A stretch of 43,197 bases of DNA, from positions 1-43,197 of the IMG/VR virus record IMGVR_UViG_3300017779_005634, one strand, 5' to 3'. Numbering within the stretch: the first letter of the stretch is position 1; every line of letters begins with the position of its first letter. Shown piece after piece: positions 24,033 to 34,368 of this stretch. Origin of the DNA: a virus (taxonomy: Duplodnaviria; Caudoviricetes). The position numbers were made by a program, and so were the translations under genes. Below the pieces are notes generated by a model, which was not told where the DNA came from, did no database searches, and saw only the letters and a list, made by a program, of their open reading frames with translations.

Positions 24033-24941
24033 ATGAACAAAAAAGCAATAGATAGAAAAAATATCACAAACAAAAAGAGTGAAGCAATCTCTACTGGTAA
24101 CACAGGATATGATATGCTTCGTAATGGAGTGTTTTGTTCAGAGTTAGCGGAACCGATTCCAAACTTTGTTCAGGCAGACTGTGAGGATATTTATAAGGGT
24201 AAAAATAATAATTATATCGTCTTGGGTCGTGACAGAAATGGTTCTAGGAATAGTGGATATGGCGGAAAGGGAGATACCCAGGCATCTATGATTGATATGG
24301 TAGTCGGTAGAATGGCATCAGCGCCAAATGATGATGCCTATGTTGACCCAGATTTTGAATCAGATTCGGCAAGAGTTTACATAAGTCAAAAAGCAGATAT
24401 CGACGCCTATTTCGACCTTGCACCAGGAAGTGGAAATGCAAAAACCAAATCTGCCATTGCAATGAAAGCAGATGCTCTTAGGTTTGTTTCTAGAGAGGGT
24501 ATAAAAATTGTTACAGGCATGGGTGATAAAAACTCTCAAGGAGTTGATATATCTGCGACAAAATATGGTGTAGATATTATGGCGAATAATACAGATTCAG
24601 ACTTACAACCAATGGTTAAGGGAGATAACTTGGTCGAAGCGTTGAAGAAACTGACCAAGCATGTGGCAAAATTAAACGGCGTTGTAGAGGGATTGCTTAC
24701 AGAGCAGGATAAGTTAAACAAAGAAATAAAAGACCACTGGCATATTTCCGCAAGCGCTGGTATGCGTTCTTCTAAATCACCAACTTTACAACTTACTGCT
24801 CCTATCACAATTTTTAAGCACTTTTCTAAAACAAAGACTTCACTTAGAACACACAGAACGAACTTGGAAAACTTTCAAAAAAACTATTTATCTTCATCTG
24901 GCAATGGTTATATAAACAGTCGCTATAACAAGGTGAATTAA
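24033..24941 (+). CDS. Putative baseplate central spike protein (gp5 C-terminal/gpV-like)
   Basis: Short beta-strand repeats (SARVYISQKADID, SAIAMKADALRFVSREGIKI), QPMVKGDNL and an HxH motif (HWH). Lies in the baseplate gene order. Confidence 0.6.
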   Translation: MNKKAIDRKNITNKKSEAISTGNTGYDMLRNGVFCSELAEPIPNFVQADCEDIYKGKNNNYIVLGRDRNGSRNSGYGGKGDTQASMIDMVVGRMASAPNDDAYVDPDFESDSARVYISQKADIDAYFDLAPGSGNAKTKSAIAMKADALRFVSREGIKIVTGMGDKNSQGVDISATKYGVDIMANNTDSDLQPMVKGDNLVEALKKLTKHVAKLNGVVEGLLTEQDKLNKEIKDHWHISASAGMRSSKSPTLQLTAPITIFKHFSKTKTSLRTHRTNLENFQKNYLSSSGNGYINSRYNKVN

Positions 24942-24944
24942 TTA

Positions 24945-27900
24945 ATGAGCATCACAACCCAACAGTCTCGTCTTATAGACGAAAAGAAAAAGAACAAACA
25001 TATTGAAGAGACTGGGTATGATTATTCTTCCCAAGAACAACGAGACATTCAATCTCTTGTCGAAGGTAATATACAATTTGAAGAACAATTAAGAATCACA
25101 ACACTTATTCCAAGAGCGGGAACTACAAATGGGATGAGAATAACCCAAGCAGGCATCGACGCTTACATTGCTGCACATCCACAGAATGCCGCTAGAAAAG
25201 GGGATAGATTAAGAATATCAGACCTTTTATCCGCAGGAAATTCAACCTTAGATGAGGAACCAGAAGAACAAGAAGAAGAGCAAGAAAGTCCTAGACCAAG
25301 TATTCACAAGAGATTCCCACCAGTCTCTGGTACATCGTATCACAAAACAAAGCAGGTAGTAAAAACATATCTAAAGGCAGACGCATCGAACGAAAACTTT
25401 CATTGCCTTCTTAACAGTAATGAAGAAGTAATTGTAATAGACGATTTTGTGGGTAAAGATGGAGAATTTGCGTTTGCCAAGTCTTTACCGAATCCTAGTT
25501 ATGGTGAATTCTACATCTCCAGAGACAAGATATCTTTGACACAGGATTCCACACCGTCAACCCCCCAGGATGTTACAGGTCTCGACGCCACTCCTATCGG
25601 TGGTGAAACTACCCCTTGGACTTCTTTGCCTACGGATAAACCAGTGAAGATATCTCAAACAGCGGAAATGCGAGTTGCATTGTATCTGGAGAGAACAAGT
25701 TTGACAACAGCAGATAGACCTGCTGCTCTTGAAGAGGCATTCTATAATGGAATGGAAAAGATTTTAAAATCAAAGGGTAAGAAGAATACAAAAGAGTATA
25801 TCAAGCAAAGTTTTGTAGAAAATAACTTTTGGGATAAACCAGCGCAAGCATGTGAACTGTTCTTAAACCCTCGAAGAGTTGGAGCAAAAGTAAAAGCAAT
25901 TGTCAAGGTACCGATAAGAAATATCATACCTCTTGAAGATGAAGAACTAGAATTTGCAAGCAAAGAAGAATATAGGACAGAAGACTTCAAATCAAAGATT
26001 GAAAAACTCGCCACCAAGATAAGAGACATCGAAGAAAAGAAAGAGGAATTTCGCTCTGAGGGCGGAAAGGTTTCAGTGTTCTTTCCAGAACAAGAAGCAT
26101 CATCAATCAAGCATATTCCTAAAAATATAGAATATATTGCCAGTCAAAATTCAGACTACATTAAGACTGGAAAGAATATATTTGAAGACAAGGGGATTTT
26201 AAAACTTTACTGGAATAAAAACGCTCAACCAGTCATGGTCAAATTTTACGCAGACACTGGGGAAGTTTACAACTTTAATGAGCAAATGGGGGAATATAAG
26301 TCTCGTCAAGGTTCAGAGAGAAGAACACAAGACCTACTGATGAATATGAACTTTATCGTTGAAGGCGAATTAGAAACACCTTGGAAAGAATTCCTTACTA
26401 CATTTGTAAATCACAAACCAGTAAAGATTATACCAAAAAAAGAAGAACAGAAAGAGCAAGGAGAGGCAGAACACGGACCCATAAAGACGCTCGCCATGCT
26501 CCAAGAGGAAAATAGGCACTATTCAAACGTAGATAGAAGAGAAGAAGCATATAACAAAAGAAAAGAACAATCAGATTTCGCTGGGGATTCTACCTTGGGT
26601 CCATCCAACTCATCAAAAATTGGAGAAATTGTTAGTCAAGATGCGGAAGAACTTTATAAACATTTTATCAATAAAGTAGATATCGGAAAGATTGCTTTAA
26701 AATCAGTAAAGTGTTTGTTACCAGATATACCACTTCAGTCATTAAAGATGTTAAAAAGAGATTTTGACATATTAGAAAGAGAATTGGAGAAACTAAAAAA
26801 GGAACACAGGGAAGGCAAAGTATTTGATTTCCTAACTCCAGATGACTTGCCAACAGATGACATTTCAGATGCGTTCTTTAAAAGTCTGAGAAAATCTCTA
26901 GAAGGTATGCTCACTCAAGTTATTTCTTCAGTAATTGGAAATCTCCTCGGCGCATTTTTTGACAGTTGCGGTAAAAAAGACAAAGAGCAATCGGGTCCGA
27001 ATCCTCCTGAGTTAGAAGGGGTACTCTCTGATTTACAAGACAAGATGCAAGACCTATTCGATACTGGTTTTGTTGACCCGAGTATGTTTAGAGACTTGAT
27101 GAACGACCTCGCTAATCTTCTTTCTTTAAGGGAATTATGTGATTTATTAAGAGGTCAACCAGACAGAGATACACTTGATATTATAAAGAACTTATTAGAA
27201 ACTTCTTATTGTCAACTAGAACTCGACTCTGACCAAGAGGTTATAGACTTTTTTCTTGCAGTGTCTGGTTCTATGGACTTGACAATATGTGACGAACTTG
27301 GAACCATAATGGAAAGTTTACCAGAAGATTTTATTTGCCCTCCAGACTCTTCAGTTCGTGATGCACTATTGAGAGGCAAGGGATTGACTGATGAAGAAAT
27401 CCGAGACCAAATGGAGAGAGAACGGCAGAGAAACGCAGAATTGGCAGAACAACTTCTTGGCGATGCTCTCTCTGGTAGGAAGGGTCCAAATCTTTTCTGT
27501 GCAAAAGATGAACAAGGAAATACCATCCCAGGCACTATGCCCTTTATGGATGCTCAATTTGAATATACTTTTGAGACTACTTTGTCTAGTCTGTTTCGAG
27601 GTACTTATGATTCCTTTACAGAAGAGGGTATGAGATTTACACAGAACCTTTTTTTAGAAGTCGAAGAAAAAGAAGAAAAAGAATATGATATGCTGGGACC
27701 GATTCCAGAACCACCAGGGAACAGACCAGTCGGACCTCAGTTTACTAAAACGGTTTTGGTTACAAAGAGAAAACCAGTTCCTCATCTTGCGGATTTTTAC
27801 AAAAATCCAGAGTTTGGAGAGTCCACCAATAAATCATTAGAAATTATTATTCCAACAACAGCGATAAATTCTATTGATAAGGCAAAAGAATTGTTTGAGC

Positions 27901-30614
27901 AAGCACAGGGAATGAATAACCCACTTTTAGAACAACTTGAATCAATGAAGACTGCGTTAAAAGAACAAAATGAAAATGTTTCTAAAATAAAGGTAACAGA
28001 GTTTACTCACTGCGAAGTTCTAGACCGAGCAAAAGAACCTGAAGAAATAGAAGACACCAGGACCGATGAAGAAAAAAGGGTCGATGAGATAAGGAAAGAA
28101 ATAGGTTCCAAAGCAGCACGCCTTGGTCAGATTAACGAACGTCTTGAATCTTCAATCGACGAAGAAATAATGATTGCAATCATTTCAAGGAATGTCACTC
28201 AGCAGTCACTGTTGAAGTTGGTCAAGAAAAATTTACAAGAAGAGAAAGTCAGACTTGAGAGAGAGATAAATAATCTTCAAGAAGAGATGAATCAACCCGT
28301 CTACGAAACTAGTGGACTTGAAGACAATGAATGTGGAAATGGAGAACCAACACCACAGGAAAGCGCAAGAGAGGAAGAACCTCCATCGATTCAGCAACCT
28401 GCTGTCGAACCATTTAATCCCACTTATAGGTTTGTTCAAGATGGTCGTGAGTGTGAAACCGATTCCATACTAGGAAGTTCTATCAACATTAATGGCAAAG
28501 AGTATTTTAGTCAAAGGGAAATCAACGAAGGCGTAATATCATTTATGAATGAAAATGTCGGTTCTGATAAACCAAGAAATAAAGAAACTTGCATACAGGC
28601 GATATTCAATAAATCACTTGAATTGGAAGACATTAATAGAGAAGAAAGAGATAGAAGAAGAACAGCGTTCGAGTCTTCTTCTGTGCCCATTGCAAAAAAT
28701 GTAAGAGACAATATTTATAAATCTTTAATGAAAATGCTTGAGAACTCAAAATATTTGACATATCAGACCCTTGATGGAGATACATCTGGACCGAGTTATG
28801 ATAGATATATAATGGAATATATAAATCTAGGTCCTACTCCAACTCCACAGTGTGACCCACATCTTTTGAAATTATCTCAGTTGATTGAGGAAGTAAAAGA
28901 TGGAATGCAAGAAGCGATGTGTTTAGACTTAAACCCATCGCCCGATGGCAAAAAACCAAAAATGTCTCCACTTGAAACTGCAATGATGAAAGCGTGTATC
29001 AAAGCAACATTCAGACATTACATTATAGAAACTCTTGTGTCTGGTATTCTCACCCTCACTGCTTTCGAGGGAAGAGGGACAAAAATAACAGACCTTAAAT
29101 GTTCTTATATTATCGATAAAATGACCGAGGGTATGAACAAATACTCTAAACCAGTCGAGGGCGATTCTTGTTCCTCTGGTGACACTTTTTCGGGAGACAT
29201 GCCAAATTACTTTACGGATTTTATTGAACAAGTAGAGAATACCTACGGTGGGAAAAATGATAAAAACAATTCTCTATTAAGAAAAGTATTAAAGGAAGAA
29301 TATGAGGTAATTTCCAGAGGACTGATGGACGCACTTTTAATACCAACAACTGCTGACACAGGAATCTTATATAGATATTTATCAGAAGAAGTACCAACGG
29401 TCTCAGAAGTCCGTGAGGTAAACGGTCGAAAATTTTTATTGCGTGTTGATGGTTCAGTTCAGAGAGGCGACTTTGATAACCCGTTCATCTATTTTAGAGA
29501 CACTGATGGGAAGGAATATTTCTCACTAGTAACAAACACCATCAGCAGTCAACTTACAACAACATACGAGATATACATGATGCCAGATGGTTCAGAAAAA
29601 TGGGTTATTCCAATAGTCGAAAAATTAAACCTCGAAAATTTAGGAATTCAGTCTGTTTTATTTACAACCTTTTTTCCTCTAGAGGATTATGCTTCCTCGC
29701 TTTCTATTCACGAGATGGAGACTGTATCTAGAATGGAATCGACATCTTTCTCATTCGGAGAGACAAGAGATAATCTATTTTCACTATTTTACGCAATCAC
29801 TCCAGAAGAAGATGATTGGAGTAAGCAGAATAAATCATTATCTTCCGTTGGAGGTTCTAGCGGACTTACTAAACTATTTGATTTTAATAATAACGTATTT
29901 GACACACCGTGTACAGAATTTTCTTACAACTTCGGTTTCAATGGCGTATGCTGGGGCAATCCTTTTTCTGGCATGGGCGGCGTCTTTGCTACTGCGCTCC
30001 GCATGGCAAGGGATGCAGCACTGTTGGAATTTAAAAAATATGTAGAAAGGAATGACCCTGCTGTAAAACTAGCAAAGAGGTTGTCATTCTTATCGAAACT
30101 TGCCTGTGTTAATATTCCAACTAGTGGAATAGCGGGCGCACTAAATTACGCTTTGCCCTTGATTTTTCCTCTCACTCCTATTGCAATGGCATTCCATGCC
30201 CTCGGTTTGGGTATATTTTTACCAGCGTCACTTCTTAATTCCGATTCGGACGAAGGTCAAAAGGCAAGGAATCAAATTAAAAATGCAGGATTGAGGTTGC
30301 CTCCTTATTGCGGCGACCCTGTTGACGAAAGAACATTGATAGAACAAGAACTTCAGATGTCCGATGCTGAGATAAGAAGACAAGAAGAGCGAGAAAATAT
30401 AAGAATTCAGGAAATTAATGGTCAAATTTTAGAAAAATCTCTTAGAATTACAGAAATTGATGAAGAGATTCAGGACTTGAAAATCCAACGCCTCAACGCC
30501 CAAACCTCAAACAACCTAGCGCTAAGGACACAACTAGAATTTAGGGAGAGGTTATTAAAAGATGAGAAAGAGGAACTCTTGGAAGAAATTGACACACTTA
30601 GGCAACAACTCTAA
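24945..30614 (+). CDS. Large helical baseplate/tail-associated protein (1889 aa)
   Basis: Long ORF between the spike gene and gp25, with coiled coils, scattered Cys and a hydrophobic segment near the C-terminus. Function unknown. Confidence 0.6.
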   Translation: MSITTQQSRLIDEKKKNKHIEETGYDYSSQEQRDIQSLVEGNIQFEEQLRITTLIPRAGTTNGMRITQAGIDAYIAAHPQNAARKGDRLRISDLLSAGNSTLDEEPEEQEEEQESPRPSIHKRFPPVSGTSYHKTKQVVKTYLKADASNENFHCLLNSNEEVIVIDDFVGKDGEFAFAKSLPNPSYGEFYISRDKISLTQDSTPSTPQDVTGLDATPIGGETTPWTSLPTDKPVKISQTAEMRVALYLERTSLTTADRPAALEEAFYNGMEKILKSKGKKNTKEYIKQSFVENNFWDKPAQACELFLNPRRVGAKVKAIVKVPIRNIIPLEDEELEFASKEEYRTEDFKSKIEKLATKIRDIEEKKEEFRSEGGKVSVFFPEQEASSIKHIPKNIEYIASQNSDYIKTGKNIFEDKGILKLYWNKNAQPVMVKFYADTGEVYNFNEQMGEYKSRQGSERRTQDLLMNMNFIVEGELETPWKEFLTTFVNHKPVKIIPKKEEQKEQGEAEHGPIKTLAMLQEENRHYSNVDRREEAYNKRKEQSDFAGDSTLGPSNSSKIGEIVSQDAEELYKHFINKVDIGKIALKSVKCLLPDIPLQSLKMLKRDFDILERELEKLKKEHREGKVFDFLTPDDLPTDDISDAFFKSLRKSLEGMLTQVISSVIGNLLGAFFDSCGKKDKEQSGPNPPELEGVLSDLQDKMQDLFDTGFVDPSMFRDLMNDLANLLSLRELCDLLRGQPDRDTLDIIKNLLETSYCQLELDSDQEVIDFFLAVSGSMDLTICDELGTIMESLPEDFICPPDSSVRDALLRGKGLTDEEIRDQMERERQRNAELAEQLLGDALSGRKGPNLFCAKDEQGNTIPGTMPFMDAQFEYTFETTLSSLFRGTYDSFTEEGMRFTQNLFLEVEEKEEKEYDMLGPIPEPPGNRPVGPQFTKTVLVTKRKPVPHLADFYKNPEFGESTNKSLEIIIPTTAINSIDKAKELFEQAQGMNNPLLEQLESMKTALKEQNENVSKIKVTEFTHCEVLDRAKEPEEIEDTRTDEEKRVDEIRKEIGSKAARLGQINERLESSIDEEIMIAIISRNVTQQSLLKLVKKNLQEEKVRLEREINNLQEEMNQPVYETSGLEDNECGNGEPTPQESAREEEPPSIQQPAVEPFNPTYRFVQDGRECETDSILGSSININGKEYFSQREINEGVISFMNENVGSDKPRNKETCIQAIFNKSLELEDINREERDRRRTAFESSSVPIAKNVRDNIYKSLMKMLENSKYLTYQTLDGDTSGPSYDRYIMEYINLGPTPTPQCDPHLLKLSQLIEEVKDGMQEAMCLDLNPSPDGKKPKMSPLETAMMKACIKATFRHYIIETLVSGILTLTAFEGRGTKITDLKCSYIIDKMTEGMNKYSKPVEGDSCSSGDTFSGDMPNYFTDFIEQVENTYGGKNDKNNSLLRKVLKEEYEVISRGLMDALLIPTTADTGILYRYLSEEVPTVSEVREVNGRKFLLRVDGSVQRGDFDNPFIYFRDTDGKEYFSLVTNTISSQLTTTYEIYMMPDGSEKWVIPIVEKLNLENLGIQSVLFTTFFPLEDYASSLSIHEMETVSRMESTSFSFGETRDNLFSLFYAITPEEDDWSKQNKSLSSVGGSSGLTKLFDFNNNVFDTPCTEFSYNFGFNGVCWGNPFSGMGGVFATALRMARDAALLEFKKYVERNDPAVKLAKRLSFLSKLACVNIPTSGIAGALNYALPLIFPLTPIAMAFHALGLGIFLPASLLNSDSDEGQKARNQIKNAGLRLPPYCGDPVDERTLIEQELQMSDAEIRRQEERENIRIQEINGQILEKSLRITEIDEEIQDLKIQRLNAQTSNNLALRTQLEFRERLLKDEKEELLEEIDTLRQQL

Positions 30615-30630
30615 AATAAAATAGTTTGTC

Positions 30631-30637
30631 CTATTTA
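30631..30637 (+). promoter_or_regulatory. Putative late promoter CTATTTA
   Basis: Exact motif in the 39-nt gap before SD GAGGAG and ATG 30654. Confidence 0.6.
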
Positions 30638-30653
30638 GGATGAGGAGAAAACA

Positions 30654-31043
30654 ATGTCCAGAGGATTATCACCAAAACTTCCACTTCAAAAAGACCCAGC
30701 AGATGGTTACGCATTGAACAAAGAATACGTAGACCTGATAAAGCAAAATTTAAAAATGTTATTATTGACAGCACCAGGGGAAAGAATAATGGAACCTAAT
30801 TTTGGCATTGGTCTTAGAAATTATTTGTTTGAGAATAATTCTGAAATAACTTATTCTGAAATAGAGTCTAAAATAAGAAATCAGGTGAAATTTTACATGC
30901 CCTTTGTCGAAGTGCAGGCAATTAAATTTAATTCGTTTGATACCGTGAAATCAGGCGGTAACGGTCTTCACCTGGACATGAACTTCCGCATTATCCCTTT
31001 CGACCTTTTTGCTTCACTGGAAATAGAGGTCGGAACTAATTAA
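30654..31043 (+). CDS. gp25: Baseplate wedge protein, T4 gp25/GPW family
   Basis: IKQNLKMLLLTAPGERIMEPNFGIGLRNYLFE is the gp25/gpW signature. Confidence 0.93.
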   Translation: MSRGLSPKLPLQKDPADGYALNKEYVDLIKQNLKMLLLTAPGERIMEPNFGIGLRNYLFENNSEITYSEIESKIRNQVKFYMPFVEVQAIKFNSFDTVKSGGNGLHLDMNFRIIPFDLFASLEIEVGTN

Positions 31044-31066
31044 AGTTGTAGTGGAGAATTAAATAG

Positions 31067-32902
31067 ATGAGTAAAAAGCGAGCGGTATCAATAAAATATA
31101 CAAGTCGTGAGTTTGATACAATTAAAGCAGACTTGATTGATTATATTAGAAGGTATTATCCAAATACTTATAGAGACTTTAACGAGGCATCATTTGGTTC
31201 TCTTGTAATTGACACTGTTTCATATATAGGGGATATTCTATCATTCTATATCGACTATCAAGCAAATGAAACCTTTGTTGAAACCGCAACAGAGTATAAT
31301 AATATATTAAGACTTGGTAGGCAATTAGGATACAAATTCGGCGGCGCAGCATCTTCTTTCGGTACAGCAGCACTTTATGTTTTAGTTCCTGCTTCCACAA
31401 CTGGCATCGGTCCTGATATGAGTTATGTTCCTGTGTTGAAACAAGGAGCGGAATTTGCAGGTACCACTGATGCTGCCTTCATGTTAAACCAGGATGTTCA
31501 TTTTGGAAACCCAAGCGCATCTATAAGGGTAGCAAGAGTCGATGAAGTAACTGGCAATCCAACTCATTATGCTGTCAAGACTTATGGTCAAGTTATGTCG
31601 GGGGAACTTAGAACAGAATTTGTAGAAGTCGGCGCATATAAGAGATTTAATAAAATTACACTTCAAGCGCTTGATATATCCGAGATTGTTTCAATTATCG
31701 ATTCTGAAGGAAATGAATACTTCGAAGTTGATTATATGAGTCAAAACGTGATTTATAGAGGGATTACGAATAGAATGACGACCACGGGCGAAGATGGAAC
31801 TTATGCAGCAGGTAACCAGGCGTCTGAAATATTAAAACCAATCGTTGTACCGAGACGATTTATTAAAAACCGAAACATTAGAACAACCGAAATTATTTTC
31901 GGAGCAAGTTCTGATTCAGAGGTCTCTAAAGACTTTTTAACAGAACCGCAGACGTCTATATTGGACATTCACGGAAAGAATTATATCCAGGACACAACCT
32001 TTGACCCGACAAGATTGATTCAAAGTGATAAATTTGGCGTCGCACCTTCAGGTACCACTCTTACAATAACATACAGGGTGAACACTGTTCAGAATGTGAA
32101 TCTTGGTACAGGTCAATTAAATACTGTTGGTGAATATAATATGGAATTTAACGATGCCACCGCTCTCGATGCTGCAAAAGTTACAGATGTTGTAAACTCT
32201 CTTGAGGTTGATAACGAAACTCCTATCGTAGGAGACATAGATATACCAGACACGGAAGAATTAAGGCATAGAATAAGAGATACTTTTGCAACACAAAACA
32301 GAGCGGTAACGCAACAGGATTATGAATCGTTCGTGTATCAGATGCCTCCTCGCTTTGGTTCAGTTAAACGTTGTAGGATTATGAGAGATAATGATTCATT
32401 GAAGAGAAATTTAAACTTATATATTGTTTCAGAAAGCGAAACGGGTACCTTAACTGAAGCGAATGGCGTTTTGAAGGGCAATGTCAAAACTTGGTTGCAA
32501 AAAAATAAGATGATAAATGATACTATTGACATCTTAGATGCAAGAGTTGTTAACTTATCGATAGAGTTCGTAGCAGTCGGTTCTTTAGAGCGAACAAAAT
32601 TCGAAATCCTTTCAGCAGCATATGAACGCTTGCAGGAAAGGTTTCAGAGATTACCAGACATTGGAGAACCTTTTTTCATTACAGATATTTATAAAGAATT
32701 GAGAAATGTAGAGGGAATTTTAGATGTAACTGATGTAAAGGTTTTGAGAAAGAATGGCGATATCGCAGAAAGAGTTTATTCAGATGTATCATTTAACTTG
32801 GAAAAAATGACTTCTGCCGATGGAAGATTCATCGAAATGCCAAAAAATGTCATCTATGAGGTTCGATATCCAGAATTTGATATAAAGGGAGTGATTGTAT
32901 AA
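31067..32902 (+). CDS. gp6: Baseplate wedge protein, T4 gp6/baseplate J-like
   Basis: YTSREFDTIKADL, DFNEASFG, YQANETF, LGY and QNRAVTQQDY; follows gp25. Confidence 0.9.
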   Translation: MSKKRAVSIKYTSREFDTIKADLIDYIRRYYPNTYRDFNEASFGSLVIDTVSYIGDILSFYIDYQANETFVETATEYNNILRLGRQLGYKFGGAASSFGTAALYVLVPASTTGIGPDMSYVPVLKQGAEFAGTTDAAFMLNQDVHFGNPSASIRVARVDEVTGNPTHYAVKTYGQVMSGELRTEFVEVGAYKRFNKITLQALDISEIVSIIDSEGNEYFEVDYMSQNVIYRGITNRMTTTGEDGTYAAGNQASEILKPIVVPRRFIKNRNIRTTEIIFGASSDSEVSKDFLTEPQTSILDIHGKNYIQDTTFDPTRLIQSDKFGVAPSGTTLTITYRVNTVQNVNLGTGQLNTVGEYNMEFNDATALDAAKVTDVVNSLEVDNETPIVGDIDIPDTEELRHRIRDTFATQNRAVTQQDYESFVYQMPPRFGSVKRCRIMRDNDSLKRNLNLYIVSESETGTLTEANGVLKGNVKTWLQKNKMINDTIDILDARVVNLSIEFVAVGSLERTKFEILSAAYERLQERFQRLPDIGEPFFITDIYKELRNVEGILDVTDVKVLRKNGDIAERVYSDVSFNLEKMTSADGRFIEMPKNVIYEVRYPEFDIKGVIV

Positions 32903-34368
32903 TGTCTGTAAAAAAGTTTTACGCTACTGCTGATACAACTATCACAAATGCTTACAAAGAGAACTTAAGAGAAAGAGGTACTGATGCCAATATGGGTTTA
33001 TCCGACGCACTAGAGGTCTTTTTTATCTATGGTCAAAACCCAGTCTCATCGGTAGAAGCAGATAAGTTAGAGGAAGCAAGGGTTCTTGTTAAGTTTGACA
33101 CTGATTTAATTAAGTCCCATTATGATAATATATTTCCCACCACAGTTAAATTCATATTAAAATTAGCAAACGCAGTTCACCCTCTCACCCTAGCAAGAAA
33201 CTATGACTTAAAGGTTTATCACCTTGCGAACCCTTTTGTCGAAGGCAACGGTCTCGATATGGAATCTTACAAGGATGAAGATGTCGCCAACTGGACGAAC
33301 AGAGCAGTATCAACCGCTTGGACAACCCCAGGCGGTCTTGAAGTAGGGGCAACTGAAATTGCATCTCAAAGATTCGACACTGGTGAAGAAAATTTAGAAG
33401 TAGACATCACTGGGTACATCGAAGATATTTTTGATGGTACGATTGTATCTGATAACGGGTTGATAATTACAATGGACGGAACACTGACCGACGGTTCTCA
33501 AGAACAAAACTTTTATACAAAGAAATTCTTTTCTCGTTCGTCAGAGTTCTTCTTTAAGCGCCCAGCGATTGAGGCAAGAGATGCTTCTAGAATTGCAGAC
33601 GACCGAGGAAAATTCTACGCAAAGAGAAAAACAAATACACCTACACAAAATACACAGAGGGTTTACTTATACAACTCCTTTGAAGGAGTAAGGTCCGACT
33701 TCACTGCTCCCGAACCAGATGAGGAATTATATGTAAGATTCTATACGGACGAAGCAAGAACAACTCAAGCAACCCTCGACCCCGACGTGCAGTTTATACA
33801 GGCAACAAATGAATCAACAGGCGTCTATTATGTAGATGTTATTTTAGATGAATCTTCTGTCTCTAAAATATATGACCAGTGGTATTTTGCTGCCAACGGC
33901 GGCACAGCAGTGGCAGATAGGACTCTTGTTCACGAGGGCGAAATAGCAATTATTCAGAATGGTTCAAGTACCAATTCTGGAGAAGTAGATTATGTAATAG
34001 ACATCACTAACTTGAAAACTTCCTACACAAAGCAGGAAACCGCAAAGTTCAGGGTTTACACTAGACAAAAAGATTGGAATCCAACTATTTATACGGTAGC
34101 AAGTAAAGAAATTGAAAATCTTATTGTTGATAAAATGTACTACAAGATTGTTCGTCTTGTAGACGAAAAAACAATTCTTGATTATGGTATTGGAACAGAT
34201 GGTGTAAACAATGACCATACTTTGGTTTCTTACGACGCTTTGGGTAGTTATTTTGATTTTGATATGTCCCTTTTAGAAAAAGGATATATGTACGGAATCA
34301 AACTAATGTTCTCTGTCAACGGAGAGTTGAGGGAACAGGAAGAAATTTTCAAGTTTAGGGTTGACTAA
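32902..34368 (+). CDS. DNRLRE-like domain baseplate/tail structural protein
   Basis: ATADTTI, NMGLSDALEV, RVLVKFD, WTTPGG, LEVDIT, NGLII and FFSR...RPAIE pattern; lies between gp6 and the gp7-like gene. Confidence 0.6.
   Translation: MSVKKFYATADTTITNAYKENLRERGTDANMGLSDALEVFFIYGQNPVSSVEADKLEEARVLVKFDTDLIKSHYDNIFPTTVKFILKLANAVHPLTLARNYDLKVYHLANPFVEGNGLDMESYKDEDVANWTNRAVSTAWTTPGGLEVGATEIASQRFDTGEENLEVDITGYIEDIFDGTIVSDNGLIITMDGTLTDGSQEQNFYTKKFFSRSSEFFFKRPAIEARDASRIADDRGKFYAKRKTNTPTQNTQRVYLYNSFEGVRSDFTAPEPDEELYVRFYTDEARTTQATLDPDVQFIQATNESTGVYYVDVILDESSVSKIYDQWYFAANGGTAVADRTLVHEGEIAIIQNGSSTNSGEVDYVIDITNLKTSYTKQETAKFRVYTRQKDWNPTIYTVASKEIENLIVDKMYYKIVRLVDEKTILDYGIGTDGVNNDHTLVSYDALGSYFDFDMSLLEKGYMYGIKLMFSVNGELREQEEIFKFRVD

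Noticed and set aside
425-34218. Numerous 60-190 aa antisense or alternate-frame ORFs (e.g. 8536-9099, 11851-12219, 29689-30045)
   Set aside because: They are nested in well-supported genes and have no recognisable motifs.
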